Shown: positions 13,871 to 29,900 of the stretch, piece by piece
Numbering within the stretch: position 1 is the first letter of the stretch
Layout: each line of letters opens with the position of its first letter
NCBI GenBank assembly: GCA_040954595.2
Contig: CM082588.2
Span: 10,586,844-10,650,843, forward strand
Reading direction: 5' to 3'
Length of the DNA stretch: 64,000 nucleotides
DNA from: Balanoglossus misakiensis
Taxonomy: Eukaryota > Animalia > Hemichordata
The notes under the pieces: generated by a model
What the model was told of the DNA's origin: nothing
The model's input: only the letters and a program-made list of their open reading frames with translations
Database searches by the model: none
Translations under genes and position numbers: made by a program

Positions 13871-16800
13871 TACAAATTTTCGACTTTGCAAAATCTCAAA
13901 ATTTTGTCGATTTTTGAAAAAAATCATGGGTGAAAATCATCAAAAAATGACAAATTTTCGACTTTGCAAAATCTCAAAATTTCGTCGATTTTTGAAAAAA
14001 ATCATGGGTTCGTTCAATTTTGAAAAAAAACATGGGTGAAAATCATCAAAAAATTACAAATTTTCGACTTTGCAAAATCTCAAAAATTTGTCGATTTTTG
14101 AAAAAAAATCATGGGTGAAAATCATTAATAAATGACAAATTTTCGACTTTGCAAAATCTCAAAATTTCGTCGATTTTTGAAAAAAAAAACATGGGTGAAA
14201 ATCATCAAAAAATGACAAATTTTCGACTTTGCAAAATCTCAAAATTTCGTCGATTTTTGAAAAAAATCATGGGTTCGTTCTATTTTGAAAAAAAACATGG
14301 GTGAAAATCATCAAAAAATTACAAATTTTCGACTTTGCAAAATCTCAAAATTTTGTCGATTTTTGAAAAAAAATCATGGGTGAAAATCATTAATAAATGA
14401 CAAATTTTCGACTTTGCAAAATCTCAAAATTTCGTCGATTTTTGAAAAAAAATCATGGGTGAAAATCATCAAAAAATGACAAATTTTCGACTTTGCAAAA
14501 TCTCAAAATTTCGTCGATTTTTGAGAAAAATCATGGGTGAAAATCATCAAAAAATGACAAATTTTCGACTTTGCAAAATCTCAAAATTTTGTCGATTTTT
14601 GAAAAAAAATCATGGGTTCGTTGATTTTTGAAAAAAAATCATGGGTGAAAATCATCAAAAAATTACAAATTTTCGACTTTGCAAAATCTCAAATTTTCGT
14701 CGATTTTTGAGAAAAATCATGGGTGAAAATCATCAAAAAATGACAAATTTTCGACTTTGCAAAATCTCAAAATTTCGTAAATTTTTGAAAAAAAGTCATG
14801 GGTGAAAATCATCAAAAAATTACAAATTTTCGTCTTTGCAAAATCTCAAAATTTCGTCGATTTTTGAAAAAAAAAAATCATGGGTAAAAATCATCAAAAA
14901 ATTACAAATTTTCGACTTTGCAAAATCTAAAAATTTTGTCGATTTTTGAAAAAAATCATGGGTGAAAATCATCAAAAAATGACAAATTTTCGACTTTGCA
15001 AAATCTCAAAATTTCGTCGATTTTTGAAAAAAAAAACATGGGTGAAAATCATCAAAAAATGACAAATTTTCGACTTTGCAAAATCTCAAAATTTCGTCGA
15101 TTTTTGAAAAAAATCATGGGTTCGTTCAATTTTGAAAAAAAACATGGGTGAAAATCATCAAAAAATTACAAATTTTCGACTTTGCAAAATCTCAAAATTT
15201 TGTCGATTTTTGAAAAAAAATCATGGGTGAAAATCATTAATAAATGACAAATTTTCGACTTTGCAAAATCTCAAAATTTCGTCGATTTTTGAAAAAAAAT
15301 CATGGGTGAAAATCATCAAAAAATTACAAATTTTCGACTTTGCAAAATCTCAAAATTTCGTCGATTTTTGAGAAAAATCATGGGTGAAAATCATCAAAAA
15401 ATGACAAATTTTCGACTTTGCAAAATCTCAAAATTTTGTCGATTTTTGAAAAAAAATCATGGGTTCGTTGATTTTTGAAAAAAAACATGGGTGAAAATCA
15501 TCAAAAAATTACAAATTTTCGAATTTGCAAAATCTCAAAATTTCGTCGATTTTTGAAAAAAATCATGGGTTCGTTCAATTTTGAAAAAAAACATGGGTGA
15601 AAATCATCAAAAAATTACAAATTTTCGACTTTGCAAAATCTCAAAAATTTGTCGATTTTTGAAAAAAAATCATGGGTGAAAATCATTAATAAATGACAAA
15701 TTTTCGACATTGCAAAATCTCAAAATTTCGTCGATTTTTGAAAAAAAAATCATGGGTGAAAATCATCAAAAAATTACAAATTTTCGACTTTGCAAAATCT
15801 CAAAATTTCGTCGATTTTTGAGAAAAATCATGGGTGAAAATCATCAAAAAATGACAAATTTTCGACTTTGCAAAATCTCAAAATTTTGTCGATTTTTGAA
15901 AAAAAATCATGGGTTCGTTGATTTTTGAAAAAAAATCATGGGTGAAAATCATCAAAAAATTACAAATTTTCGACTTTGCAAAATCTCAAAATTTCGTCGA
16001 TTTTTGAGAAAAATCATGGGTGAAAATCATCAAAAAATGACAAATTTTCGACTTTGCAAAATCTCAAAATTTCGTAAATTTTTGAAAAAAAGTCATGGGT
16101 GAAAATCATCAAAAAATTACAAATTTTCGTCTTTGCAAAATCTCAAAATTTCGTCGATTTTTGAAAAAAAAAAATCATGGGTAAAAATCATCAAAAAATT
16201 ACAAATTTTCGACTTTGCAAAATCTAAAAATTTTGTCGATTTTTGAAAAAAATCATGGGTGAAAATCATCAAAAAATGACAAATTTTCGACTTTGCAAAA
16301 TCTCAAAATTTCGTAGATTTTTGAAAAAAAACATGGGTGAAAATCATCAAAAAATGACAAATTTTCGACTTTGCAAAATCTCAAATTTCGTCGATTTTTG
16401 AAAAAAATCATGGGTGAAAATCATCAAAAAATGACAAATTTTCGTCTTTGCAAAATCCCAAAATTTCGTAAATTTTTGAAAAAAAGTCATGGGTGAAAAT
16501 CATCAAAAAATTACAAATTTTCGTCTTTGCAAAATCTCAAAATTTCGTCGATTTTTGAAAAAAAAAATCATGGGTAAAAATCATCAAAAAATTACAAATT
16601 TTCGACTTTGCAAAATCTAAAAATTTTGTCGATTTTTGAAAAAAACAATCATGGTGAAAATCATCAAAAAATGACAAATTTTCGACTTTGCAAAATCTCA
16701 AAATGTTGTCAATTTTTTAAAAAATTCATGAGTTCGTTGATTTTTTAAAAAAAACATTGCTGTCAATTTTTGAAAAAAATCATGGGTTCGTTGATTTTTA

Positions 16801-17949
16801 AAAAAAAACATTGGTGAAAATCATCAAAAAATTACAAATTTTCGACTTTGCAAAATCTCAAAATTTCGTACATTTTTGAAAAAAAATCATGGGTGAAAAT
16901 CATCAAAAAATGACAAATTTTCGACTTTGCAAAATCTCAAAATTTCGTCGATTTTTGAAAAAAATCACGGGTGAAAATCATCAAAAAATGACAAATTTTC
17001 GTCTTTGCTAAATCTCAAAATTTCGTCGATTTTTGAAAAAAATCATGGGTGAAAATCATCAAAAAATGACAAATTTTCGACTTTGCAAAATCTCAAAATT
17101 TCGCCGATTTTTGAAAAAAACAATCATGGTGAAAATCATCAAAAAATGACAAATTTTCGACTTTGCAAAATCTCAAAATTTCGCCGATTTTTGAAAAAAA
17201 CAATCATGGTGAAAATCATCAAAAAATGACAAATTTTCGACTTTGCAAAATCTCAAAATGTTGTCAATTTTTAAAAAAAATCATGAGTTCGTTGATTTTT
17301 TAAAAAAAACATTGGTGTCAATTTTTGAAAAAAATCATGGGTTCGTTGATTTTAAAAAAAAAACATTGGTGAAAATCATCAAAAAATTACAAATTTTCGA
17401 CTTTGCAAAATCTAAAAATTTCGTACATTTTTGAAAAAAAATCATGGGTGAAAATCATCAAAAAATGACAAATTTTCGTCTTTGCAAAATCTCAAAATTT
17501 CGTCGTTTTTTAAAAAAAAATCATGGTGAAAATCATCAAAAAATGACAAATTGTCGACTTTGCAAAATCTAAAAATTTTGTCGATTTTTGAAAAAAATCA
17601 TGGGTGAAAATAATCAAAAAATGACAAATTTTCGACTTTGCAAAATCTCAAAATTTCGTCGATTTTTGAAAAAAATCATGGGTGAAAATCATCAAAAAAT
17701 GACAAATTTTCGACTTTGCAAAATCTCAAAATTTCGTCGATTTTTGAAAAAAATCATGGGTTCGTTCAATTTTGAAAAAAAACGGGTGAAAATCATCAAA
17801 AAATTACAAATTTTCGACTTTGCAAAATCTCAAAATTTTGTCGATTTTTGAAAAAAAATCATGGGTGAAAATCATTAATAAATGACAAATTTTCGACTTT
17901 GCAAAATCTCAAAATTTCATCGATTTTTGAAAAAAAATCATGGGTGAAA

Positions 17950-20900
17950 ATCATCAAAAAATGACAAATTTTCGACTTTGCAAAATCTCAAAATTTCGTC
18001 GATTTTTGAGAAAAATCATGGGTGAAAATCATCAAAAAATGACAAATTTTCGACTTTGCAAAATCTCAAAATTTTGTCGATTTTTGAAAAAAAATCATGG
18101 GTTCGTTGATTTTTGAAAAAAAACATGGGTGAAAATCATCAAAAAAGTACAAATTTTCGAATTTGCAAAATCTCAAAATTTCGTCGATTTTTGAAAAAAA
18201 AACATGGGTGAAAATCATCAAAAAATGACAAATTTTCGACTTTGCAAAATCTCAAAATTTCGTAAATTTTTGAAAAAAAGTCATGGGTGAAAATCATCAA
18301 AAAATTACAAATTTTCGTCTTTGCAAAATCTCAAAATTTCGTCGAGTTTTGAAAAAAATCATGGGTGAAAATCATCAAAAAATGACAAATTTTCGACTTT
18401 GCAAAATCTCAAAATTTTGTCGATTTTTGAAAAAAAATCATGGGTTCGTTGATTTTTTAAAAAAAACATGGGTGAAAATCATCAAAAAATTACAAATTTT
18501 CGAATTTGCAAAATCTCAAAATTTCGTCGATTTTTGAAAAAAAAACATGGGTGAAAATCATCAAAAAATGACAAATTTTCGACTTTGCAAAATCTCAAAA
18601 TTTCGTAAATTTTTGAAAAAAAGTCATGGGTGAAAATCATCAAAAAATTACAAATTTTCGTCTTTGCAAAATCTCAAAATTTCGTCGATTTTTGAAAAAA
18701 ATCATGGGTGAAAATCATCAAAAAATGACAAATTTTCGACTTTGCAAAATCTCAAAATTTTGTCGATTTTTGAAAAAAAATCATGGGTTCGTTGATTTTT
18801 GAAAAAAAACATGGGTGAAAATCATCAAAAAATTACAAATTTTCGAATTTGCAAAATCTCAAAATTTCGTCGATTTTTGAAAAAAAACATGGGTGAAAAT
18901 CATCAAAAAATGACAAATTTTCGACTTTGCAAAATCTCAAAATTTCGTAAATTTTTGAAAAAAAGTCATGGGTGAAAATCATCAAAAAATTACAAATTTT
19001 CGTCTTTGCAAAATCTCAAAATTTCGTCGATTTTTGAAAAAAAAAATCATGGGTAAAAATCATCAAAAAATAACAAATTTTCGACTTTGCAAAATCTAAA
19101 AATTTTGTCGATTTTTGAAAAAAATCATGGGTGAAAATCATCAAAAAATGACAAATTTTCGACTTTGCAAAATCTCAAAATTTCGTCGATTTTTGAAAAA
19201 AATCATGGGTTCGTTCAATTTTGAAAAAAAACATGGGTGAAAATCATCAAAAAATTACAAATTTTCGACTTTGCAAAATCTCAAAATTTTGTCGATTTTT
19301 GAAAAAAAATCATGGGTGAAAATCATTAATAAATGACAAATTTTCGACTTTGCAAAATCTCAAAATTTCGTCGATTTTTGAAAAAAAATCATGGGTGAAA
19401 ATCATCAAAAAATTACAAATTTTCGACTTTGCAAAATCTCAAAATTTCGTCGATTTTCGAGAAAAATCATGGGTGAAAATCATCAAAAAATGACAAATTT
19501 TCGACTTTGCAAAAACTCAAAATTTTGTCGATTTTTGAAAAAAAATCATGGGTTCGTTGATTTTTGAAAAAAAACATGGGTGAAAATCATCAAAAAATTA
19601 CAAATTTTCGAATTTGCAAAATCTCAAAATTTTGTCGATTTTTGAAAAAAATCATGGGTGAAAATAATCAAAAAATTACAAATTTTCGACTTTGCAAAAT
19701 CTAAAAATTTTGTCGATTTTTGAAAAAAATCATGGGTGAAAATCATCAAAAAATGACAAATTTTCGACTTTGCAAAATCTCAAAATTTTGTCGATTTTTG
19801 AAAAAAAATCATGGGTTCGTTGATTTTTGAAAAAAAACATGGGTGAAAATCATCAAAAAATTACAAATTTTCGAATTTGCAAAATCTCAAAATTTTGTCG
19901 ATTTTTGAAAAAAATCATGGGTGAAAATAATCAAAAAATTACAAATTTTCGACTTTGCAAAATCTAAAAATTTTGTCGATTTTTGAAAAAAATCATGGGT
20001 GAAAATCATCAAAAAATGACAAATTTTCGACTATGCAAAATCTCAAAATTTAGTCGATTTTTGAAAAAAATCATGGGTTCGTTCAATTTTGAAAAAAAAC
20101 ATGGGTGAAAATCATCAAAAAATTACAAATTTTCGACTTTGCAAAATCTCAAAATTTTGTCGATTTTTGAAAAAAAATCATGGGTGAAAATCATTAATAA
20201 ATGACAAATTTTCGACTTTGCAAAATCTAAAAATTTTGTCGATTTTTGAAAAAAATCATGGGTGAAAATCATCAAAAAATGACAAATTTTCGACTTTGCA
20301 AAATCTCAAAATTTTGTCGATTTTTGAAAAAAAATCATGGGTTCGTTGATTTTTGAAAAAAAACATGGGTGAAAATCATCAAAAAATTACAAATTTTCGA
20401 ATTTGCAAAATCTCAAAATTTTGTCGATTTTTGAAAAAAATCATGGGTGAAAATAATCAAAAAATTACAAATTTTCGACTTTGCAAAATCTAAAAATTTT
20501 GTCGATTTTTGAAAAAAATCATGGGTGAAAATCATCAAAAAATGACAAATTTTCGACTATGCAAAATCTCAAAATTTAGTCGATTTTTGAAAAAAATCAT
20601 GGGTTCGTTCAATTTTGAAAAAAAACATGGGTGAAAATCATCAAAAAATTACAAATTTTCGACTTTGCAAAATCTCAAAATTTTGTCGATTTTTGAAAAA
20701 AAATCATGGGTGAAAATCATTAATAAATGACAAATTTTCGACTTTGCAAAATCTCAAAATTTCGTCGATTTTTGAAAAAAAATCATGGGTGAAAATCATC
20801 AAAAAATGACAAATTTTCGACTTTGCAAAATCTCAAAATTTCGTCGATTTTTGAGAAAAATCATGGGTGAAAATCATCAAAAAATGACAAATTTTCGACT

Positions 20901-23900
20901 TTGCAAAATCTCAAAATTTTGTCGATTTTTGAAAAAAAATCATGGGTTCGTTGATTTTTGAAAAAAAACATGGGTGAAAATCATCAAAAAAGTACAAATT
21001 TTCGAATTTGCAAAATCTCAAAATTTCGTCGATTTTTGAAAAAAAAACATGGGTGAAAATCATCAAAAAATGACAAATTTTCGACTTTGCAAAATCTCAA
21101 AATTTCGTAAATTTTTGAAAAAAAGTCATGGGTGAAAATCATCAAAAAATTACAAATTTTCGTCTTTGCAAAATCTCAAAATTTCGTCGAGTTTTGAAAA
21201 AAATCATGGGTGAAAATCATCAAAAAATGACAAATTTTCGACTTTGCAAAATCTCAAAATTTTGTCGATTTTTGAAAAAAAATCATGGGTTCGTTGATTT
21301 TTTAAAAAAAACATGGGTGAAAATCATCAAAAAATTACAAATTTTCGAATTTGCAAAATCTCAAAATTTCGTCGATTTTTGAAAAAAAAACATGGGTGAA
21401 AATCATCAAAAAATGACAAATTTTCGACTTTGCAAAATCTCAAAATTTCGTAAATTTTTGAAAAAAAGTCATGGGTGAAAATCATCAAAAAATTACAAAT
21501 TTTCGTCTTTGCAAAATCTCAAAATTTCGTCGATTTTTGAAAAAAATCATGGGTGAAAATCATCAAAAAATGACAAATTTTCGACTTTGCAAAATCTCAA
21601 AATTTTGTCGATTTTTGAAAAAAAATCATGGGTTCGTTGATTTTTGAAAAAAAACATGGGTGAAAATCATCAAAAAATTACAAATTTTCGAATTTGCAAA
21701 ATCTCAAAATTTCGTCGATTTTTGAAAAAAAACATGGGTGAAAATCATCAAAAAATGACAAATTTTCGACTTTGCAAAATCTCAAAATTTCGTAAATTTT
21801 TGAAAAAAAGTCATGGGTGAAAATCATCAAAAAATTACAAATTTTCGTCTTTGCAAAATCTCAAAATTTCGTCGATTTTTGAAAAAAAAAATCATGGGTA
21901 AAAATCATCAAAAAATAACAAATTTTCGACTTTGCAAAATCTAAAAATTTTGTCGATTTTTGAAAAAAATCATGGGTGAAAATCATCAAAAAATGACAAA
22001 TTTTCGACTTTGCAAAATCTCAAAATTTCGTCGATTTTTGAAAAAAATCATGGGTTCGTTCAATTTTGAAAAAAAACATGGGTGAAAATCATCAAAAAAT
22101 TACAAATTTTCGACTTTGCAAAATCTCAAAATTTTGTCGATTTTTGAAAAAAAATCATGGGTGAAAATCATTAATAAATGACAAATTTTCGACTTTGCAA
22201 AATCTCAAAATTTCGTCGATTTTTGAAAAAAAATCATGGGTGAAAATCATCAAAAAATTACAAATTTTCGACTTTGCAAAATCTCAAAATTTCGTCGATT
22301 TTCGAGAAAAATCATGGGTGAAAATCATCAAAAAATGACAAATTTTCGACTTTGCAAAAACTCAAAATTTTGTCGATTTTTGAAAAAAATCATGGGTTCG
22401 TTCAATTTTGAAAAAAAACATGGGTGAAAATCATCAAAAAATTACAAATTTTCGACTTTGCAAAATCTCAAAATTTTGTCGATTTTTGAAAAAAAATCAT
22501 GGGTGAAAATCATTAATAAATGACAAATTTTCGACTTTGCAAAATCTAAAAATTTTGTCGATTTTTGAAAAAAATCATGGGTGAAAATCATCAAAAAATG
22601 ACAAATTTTCGACTTTGCAAAATCTCAAAATTTTGTCGATTTTTGAAAAAAAATCATGGGTTCGTTGATTTTTGAAAAAAAACATGGGTGAAAATCATCA
22701 AAAAATTACAAATTTTCGAATTTGCAAAATCTCAAAATTTTGTCGATTTTTGAAAAAAATCATGGGTGAAAATAATCAAAAAATTACAAATTTTCGACTT
22801 TGCAAAATCTAAAAATTTTGTCGATTTTTGAAAAAAATCATGGGTGAAAATCATCAAAAAATGACAAATTTTCGACTATGCAAAATCTCAAAATTTAGTC
22901 GATTTTTGAAAAAAATCATGGGTTCGTTCAATTTTGAAAAAAAACATGGGTGAAAATCATCAAAAAATTACAAATTTTCGACTTTGCAAAATCTCAAAAT
23001 TTTGTCGATTTTTGAAAAAAAATCATGGGTGAAAATCATTAATAAATGACAAATTTTCGACTTTGCAAAATCTCAAAATTTCGTCGATTTTTGAAAAAAA
23101 ATCATGGGTGAAAATCATCAAAAAATTACAAATTTTCGACTTTGCAAAATCTCAAAATTTCGTCGATTTTTGAGAAAAATCATGGGTGAAAATCATCAAA
23201 AAATGACAAATTTTCGACTTTGCAAAATCTCAAAATTTTGTCGATTTTTGAAAAAAAATCATGGGTTCGTTGATTTTTGAAAAAAAACATGGGTGAAAAT
23301 CATCAAAAAATTACAAATTTTCGAATTTGCAAAATCTCAAAATTTCTTAAATTTTTGAAAAAAAGTCATGGGTGAAAATCATCAAAAAATTACAAATTTT
23401 CGTCTTTGCAAAATCTCAAAATTTCGTCGATTTTTGAAAAAAAAAATCATGGGTAAAAATCATCAAAAAATTACAAATTTTCGACTTTGCAAAATCTAAA
23501 AATTTTGTCGATTTTTGAAAAAAATCATGGGTGAAAATCATCAAAAAATGACAAATTTTCGACTTTGCAAAATCTCAAAATTTCGTCGATTTTTGAAAAA
23601 AAATCATGGGTGAAAATCATCAAAAAATTACAAATTTTCGACTTTGCAAAATCTCAAAATTTCGTAAATTTTTGAAAAAAAGTCATGGGTGAAAATCATC
23701 AAAAAATTACAAATTTTCGTCTTTGCAAAATCACAAAATTTCGTCGATTTTTGAAAAAAAAAATCATGGGTAAAAATCATCAAAAAATTACAAATTTTCG
23801 ACTTTGCAAAATCTAAAAATTTTGTCGATTTTTGAAAAAAATCATGGGTGAAAATCATCAAAAAATGACAAATTTTCGTCTTTGCAAAATCTCAAAATTT

Positions 23901-26900
23901 CGTCCATTTTTGAATAAAAATCATGGGTGAAAATCATCAAAAAATGACACATTTTCGACTTTGCAAAATCTAAAAATTTCGTCGATTTTTGAAAAAAATC
24001 ATGGTTGAAAATCATCAAAAAATGACAAAATTTTCGACTTTGTAAAATCACAAAATTTCGTCGATTTTGAAAAAAATCATAGGTTCGTCGATTTCTAAAA
24101 AAAAACATGGGTGAAAATCATCAAAAAATGACAAATTTTCGACTTTGCAAAATCTCAAAATTTCGTCGATTTTTGAAAAAAATCATGGGTGAAAATCATC
24201 AAAAAATGACAAATTTTCGACTTTGCAAAATCTCAAAATTTTGTCGATTTTTGAAAAAAAATCATGGGTTCGTTGATTTTTGAAAAAAAACATGGGTGAA
24301 AATCATCAAAAAATTACAAATTTTCGAATTTGCAAAATCTCAAAATTTTGTCGATTTTTGAAAAAAAATCATGGGTGAAAATCATTAATAAATGACAAAT
24401 TTTCGACTTTGCAAAATCTCAAAATTTCGTCGATTTTTGAAAAAAAATCATGGGTGAAAATCATCAAAAAATGACAAATTTTCGACTTTGCAAAATCTCA
24501 AAATTTCGTCGATTTTTGAGAAAAATCATGGGTGAAAATCATCAAAAAATGACAAATTTTCGACTTTGCAAAATCTCAAAATTTTGTCGATTTTTGAAAA
24601 AAAATCATGGGTTCGTTGATTTTTGAAAAAAAACATGGGTGAAAATCATCAAAAAAGTACAAATTTTCGAATTTGCAAAATCTCAAAATTTCGTCGATTT
24701 TTGAAAAAAAAACATGGGTGAAAATCATCAAAAAATGACAAATTTTCGACTTTGCAAAATCTCAAAATTTCGTAAATTTTTGAAAAAAAGTCATGGGTGA
24801 AAATCATCAAAAAATTACAAATTTTCGTCTTTGCAAAATCTCAAAATTTCGTCGAGTTTTGAAAAAAATCATGGGTGAAAATCATCAAAAAATGACAAAT
24901 TTTCGACTTTGCAAAATCTCAAAATTTTGTCGATTTTTGAAAAAAAATCATGGGTTCGTTGATTTTTTAAAAAAAACATGGGTGAAAATCATCAAAAAAT
25001 TACAAATTTTCGAATTTGCAAAATCTCAAAATTTCGTCGATTTTTGAAAAAAAAACATGGGTGAAAATCATCAAAAAATGACAAATTTTCGACTTTGCAA
25101 AATCTCAAAATTTCGTAAATTTTTGAAAAAAAGTCATGGGTGAAAATCATCAAAAAATTACAAATTTTCGTCTTTGCAAAATCTCAAAATTTCGTCGATT
25201 TTTGAAAAAAATCATGGGTGAAAATCATCAAAAAATGACAAATTTTCGACTTTGCCAAATCTCAAAATTTTGTCGATTTTTGAAAAAAAATCATGGGTTC
25301 GTTGATTTTTGAAAAAAAACATGGGTGAAAATCATCAAAAAATTACAAATTTTCGAATTTGCAAAATCTCAAAATTTCGTCGATTTTTGAAAAAAAACAT
25401 GGGTGAAAATCATCAAAAAATGACAAATTTTCGACTTTGCAAAATCTCAAAATTTCGTAAATTTTTGAAAAAAAGTCATGGGTGAAAATCATCAAAAAAT
25501 TACAAATTTTCGTCTTTGCAAAATCTCAAAATTTCGTCGATTTTTGAAAAAAATCATGGGTGAAAATCATCAAAAAATGACAAATTTTCGACTTTGCCAA
25601 ATCTCAAAATTTTGTCGATTTTTGAAAAAAAATCATGGGTTCGTTGATTTTTGAAAAAAAACATGGGTGAAAATCATCAAAAAATTACAAATTTTCGAAT
25701 TTGCAAAATCTCAAAATTTCGTCGATTTTTGAAAAAAAATCATGGGTGAAAATCATCAAAAAATTACAAATTTTCGACTTTGCAAAATCTCAAAATTTCG
25801 TCGATTTTCGAGAAAAATCATGGGTGAAAATCATCAAAAAATGACAAATTTTCGACTTTGCAAAAACTCAAAATTTTGTCGATTTTTGAAAAAAATCATG
25901 GGTTCGTTCAATTTTGAAAAAAAACATGGGTGAAAATCATCAAAAAATTACAAATTTTCGACTTTGCAAAATCTCAAAATTTTGTCGATTTTTGAAAAAA
26001 AATCATGGGTGAAAATCATTAATAAATGACAAATTTTCGACTTTGCAAAATCTAAAAATTTTGTCGATTTTTGAAAAAAATCATGGGTGAAAATCATCAA
26101 AAAATGACAAATTTTCGACTTTGCAAAATCTCAAAATTTTGTCGATTTTTGAAAAAAAATCATGGGTTCGTTGATTTTTGAAAAAAAACATGGGTGAAAA
26201 TCATCAAAAAATTACAAATTTTCGAATTTGCAAAATCTCAAAATTTTGTCGATTTTTGAAAAAAATCATGGGTGAAAATAATCAAAAAATTACAAATTTT
26301 CGACTTTGCAAAATCTAAAAATTTTGTCGATTTTTGAAAAAAATCATGGGTGAAAATCATCAAAAAATGACAAATTTTCGACTATGCAAAATCTCAAAAT
26401 TTAGTCGATTTTTGAAAAAAATCATGGGTTCGTTCAATTTTGAAAAAAAACATGGGTGAAAATCATCAAAAAATTACAAATTTTCGACTTTGCAAAATCT
26501 CAAAATTTTGTCGATTTTTGAAAAAAAATCATGGGTGAAAATCATTAATAAATGACAAATTTTCGACTTTGCAAAATCTCAAAATTTCGTCGATTTTTGA
26601 AAAAAAATCATGGGTGAAAATCATCAAAAAATTACAAATTTTCGACTTTGCAAAATCTCAAAATTTCGTCGATTTTTGAGAAAAATCATGGGTGAAAATC
26701 ATCAAAAAATGACAAATTTTCGACTTTGCAAAATCTCAAAATTTTGTCGATTTTTGAAAAAAAATCATGGGTTCGTTGATTTTTGAAAAAAAACATGGGT
26801 GAAAATCATCAAAAAATTACAAATTTTCGAATTTGCAAAATCTCAAAATTTCTTAAATTTTTGAAAAAAAGTCATGGGTGAAAATCATCAAAAAATTACA

Positions 26901-29900
26901 AATTTTCGTCTTTGCAAAATCTCAAAATTTCGTCGATTTTTGAAAAAAAAAATCATGGGTAAAAATCATCAAAAAATTACAAATTTTCGACTTTGCAAAA
27001 TCTAAAAATTTTGTCGATTTTTGAAAAAAATCATGGGTGAAAATCATCAAAAAATGACAAATTTTCGACTTTGCAAAATCTCAAAATTTCGTCGATTTTT
27101 GAAAAAAAATCATGGGTGAAAATCATCAAAAAATTACAAATTTTCGACTTTGCAAAATCTCAAAATTTCGTAAATTTTTGAAAAAAAGTCATGGGTGAAA
27201 ATCATCAAAAAATTACAAATTTTCGTCTTTGCAAAATCACAAAATTTCGTCGATTTTTGAAAAAAAAAATCATGGGTAAAAATCATCAAAAAATTACAAA
27301 TTTTCGACTTTGCAAAATCTAAAAATTTTGTCGATTTTTGAAAAAAATCATGGGTGAAAATCATCAAAAAATGACAAATTTTCGTCTTTGCAAAATCTCA
27401 AAATTTCGTCCATTTTTGAATAAAAATCATGGGTGAAAATCATCAAAAAATGACACATTTTCGACTTTGCAAAATCTAAAAATTTCGTCGATTTTTGAAA
27501 AAAATCATGGTTGAAAATCATCAAAAAATGACAAAATTTTCGACTTTGTAAAATCACAAAATTTCGTCGATTTTGAAAAAAATCATAGGTTCGTCGATTT
27601 CTAAAAAAAAACATGGGTGAAAATCATCAAAAAATGACAAATTTTCGACTTTGCAAAATCTCAAAATTTCGTCGATTTTTGAAAAAAATCATGGGTGAAA
27701 ATCATCAAAAAATGACAAATTTTCGACTTTGCAAAATCTCAAAATTTTGTCGATTTTTGAAAAAAAATCATGGGTTCGTTGATTTTTGAAAAAAAACATG
27801 GGTGAAAATCATCAAAAAATTACAAATTTTCGAATTTGCAAAATCTCAAAATTTTGTCGATTTTTGAAAAAAAATCATGGGTGAAAATCATTAATAAATG
27901 ACAAATTTTCGACTTTGCAAAATCTCAAAATTTCGTCGATTTTTGAAAAAAAATCATGGGTGAAAATCATCAAAAAATGACAAATTTTCGACTTTGCAAA
28001 ATCTCAAAATTTCGTCGATTTTTGAGAAAAATCATGGGTGAAAATCATCAAAAAATGACAAATTTTCGACTTTGCAAAATCTCAAAATTTTGTCGATTTT
28101 TGAAAAAAAATCATGGGTTCGTTGATTTTTGAAAAAAAACATGGGTGAAAATCATCAAAAAAGTACAAATTTTCGAATTTGCAAAATCTCAAAATTTCGT
28201 CGATTTTTGAAAAAAAAACATGGGTGAAAATCATCAAAAAATGACAAATTTTCGACTTTGCAAAATCTCAAAATTTCGTAAATTTTTGAAAAAAAGTCAT
28301 GGGTGAAAATCATCAAAAAATTACAAATTTTCGTCTTTGCAAAATCTCAAAATTTCGTCGAGTTTTGAAAAAAATCATGGGTGAAAATCATCAAAAAATG
28401 ACAAATTTTCGACTTTGCAAAATCTCAAAATTTTGTCGATTTTTGAAAAAAAATCATGGGTTCGTTGATTTTTTAAAAAAAACATGGGTGAAAATCATCA
28501 AAAAATTACAAATTTTCGAATTTGCAAAATCTCAAAATTTCGTCGATTTTTGAAAAAAAAACATGGGTGAAAATCATCAAAAAATGACAAATTTTCGACT
28601 TTGCAAAATCTCAAAATTTCGTAAATTTTTGAAAAAAAGTCATGGGTGAAAATCATCAAAAAATTACAAATTTTCGTCTTTGCAAAATCTCAAAATTTCG
28701 TCGATTTTTGAAAAAAATCATGGGTGAAAATCATCAAAAAATGACAAATTTTCGACTTTGCCAAATCTCAAAATTTTGTCGATTTTTGAAAAAAAATCAT
28801 GGGTTCGTTGATTTTTGAAAAAAAACATGGGTGAAAATCATCAAAAAATTACAAATTTTCGAATTTGCAAAATCTCAAAATTTCGTCGATTTTTGAAAAA
28901 AAACATGGGTGAAAATCATCAAAAAATGACAAATTTTCGACTTTGCAAAATCTCAAAATTTCGTAAATTTTTGAAAAAAAGTCATGGGTGAAAATCATCA
29001 AAAAATTACAAATTTTCGTCTTTGCAAAATCTCAAAATTTCGTCGATTTTTGAAAAAAAAAATCATGGGTAAAAATCATCAAAAAATAACAAATTTTCGA
29101 CTTTGCAAAATCTAAAAATTTTGTCGATTTTTGAAAAAAATCATGGGTGAAAATCATCAAAAAATGACAAATTTTCGACTTTGCAAAATCTCAAAATTTC
29201 GTCGATTTTTGAAAAAAATCATGGGTTCGTTCAATTTTGAAAAAAAACATGGGTGAAAATCATCAAAAAATTACAAATTTTCGACTTTGCAAAATCTCAA
29301 AATTTTGTCGATTTTTGAAAAAAAATCATGGGTGAAAATCATTAATAAATGACAAATTTTCGACTTTGCAAAATCTCAAAATTTCGTCGATTTTTGAAAA
29401 AAAATCATGGGTGAAAATCATCAAAAAATTACAAATTTTCGACTTTGCAAAATCTCAAAATTTCGTCGATTTTCGAGAAAAATCATGGGTGAAAATCATC
29501 AAAAAATGACAAATTTTCGACTTTGCAAAAACTCAAAATTTTGTCGATTTTTGAAAAAAATCATGGGTTCGTTCAATTTTGAAAAAAAACATGGGTGAAA
29601 ATCATCAAAAAATTACAAATTTTCGACTTTGCAAAATCTCAAAATTTTGTCGATTTTTGAAAAAAAATCATGGGTGAAAATCATTAATAAATGACAAATT
29701 TTCGACTTTGCAAAATCTAAAAATTTTGTCGATTTTTGAAAAAAATCATGGGTGAAAATCATCAAAAAATGACAAATTTTCGACTTTGCAAAATCTCAAA
29801 ATTTTGTCGATTTTTGAAAAAAAATCATGGGTTCGTTGATTTTTGAAAAAAAACATGGGTGAAAATCATCAAAAAATTACAAATTTTCGAATTTGCAAAA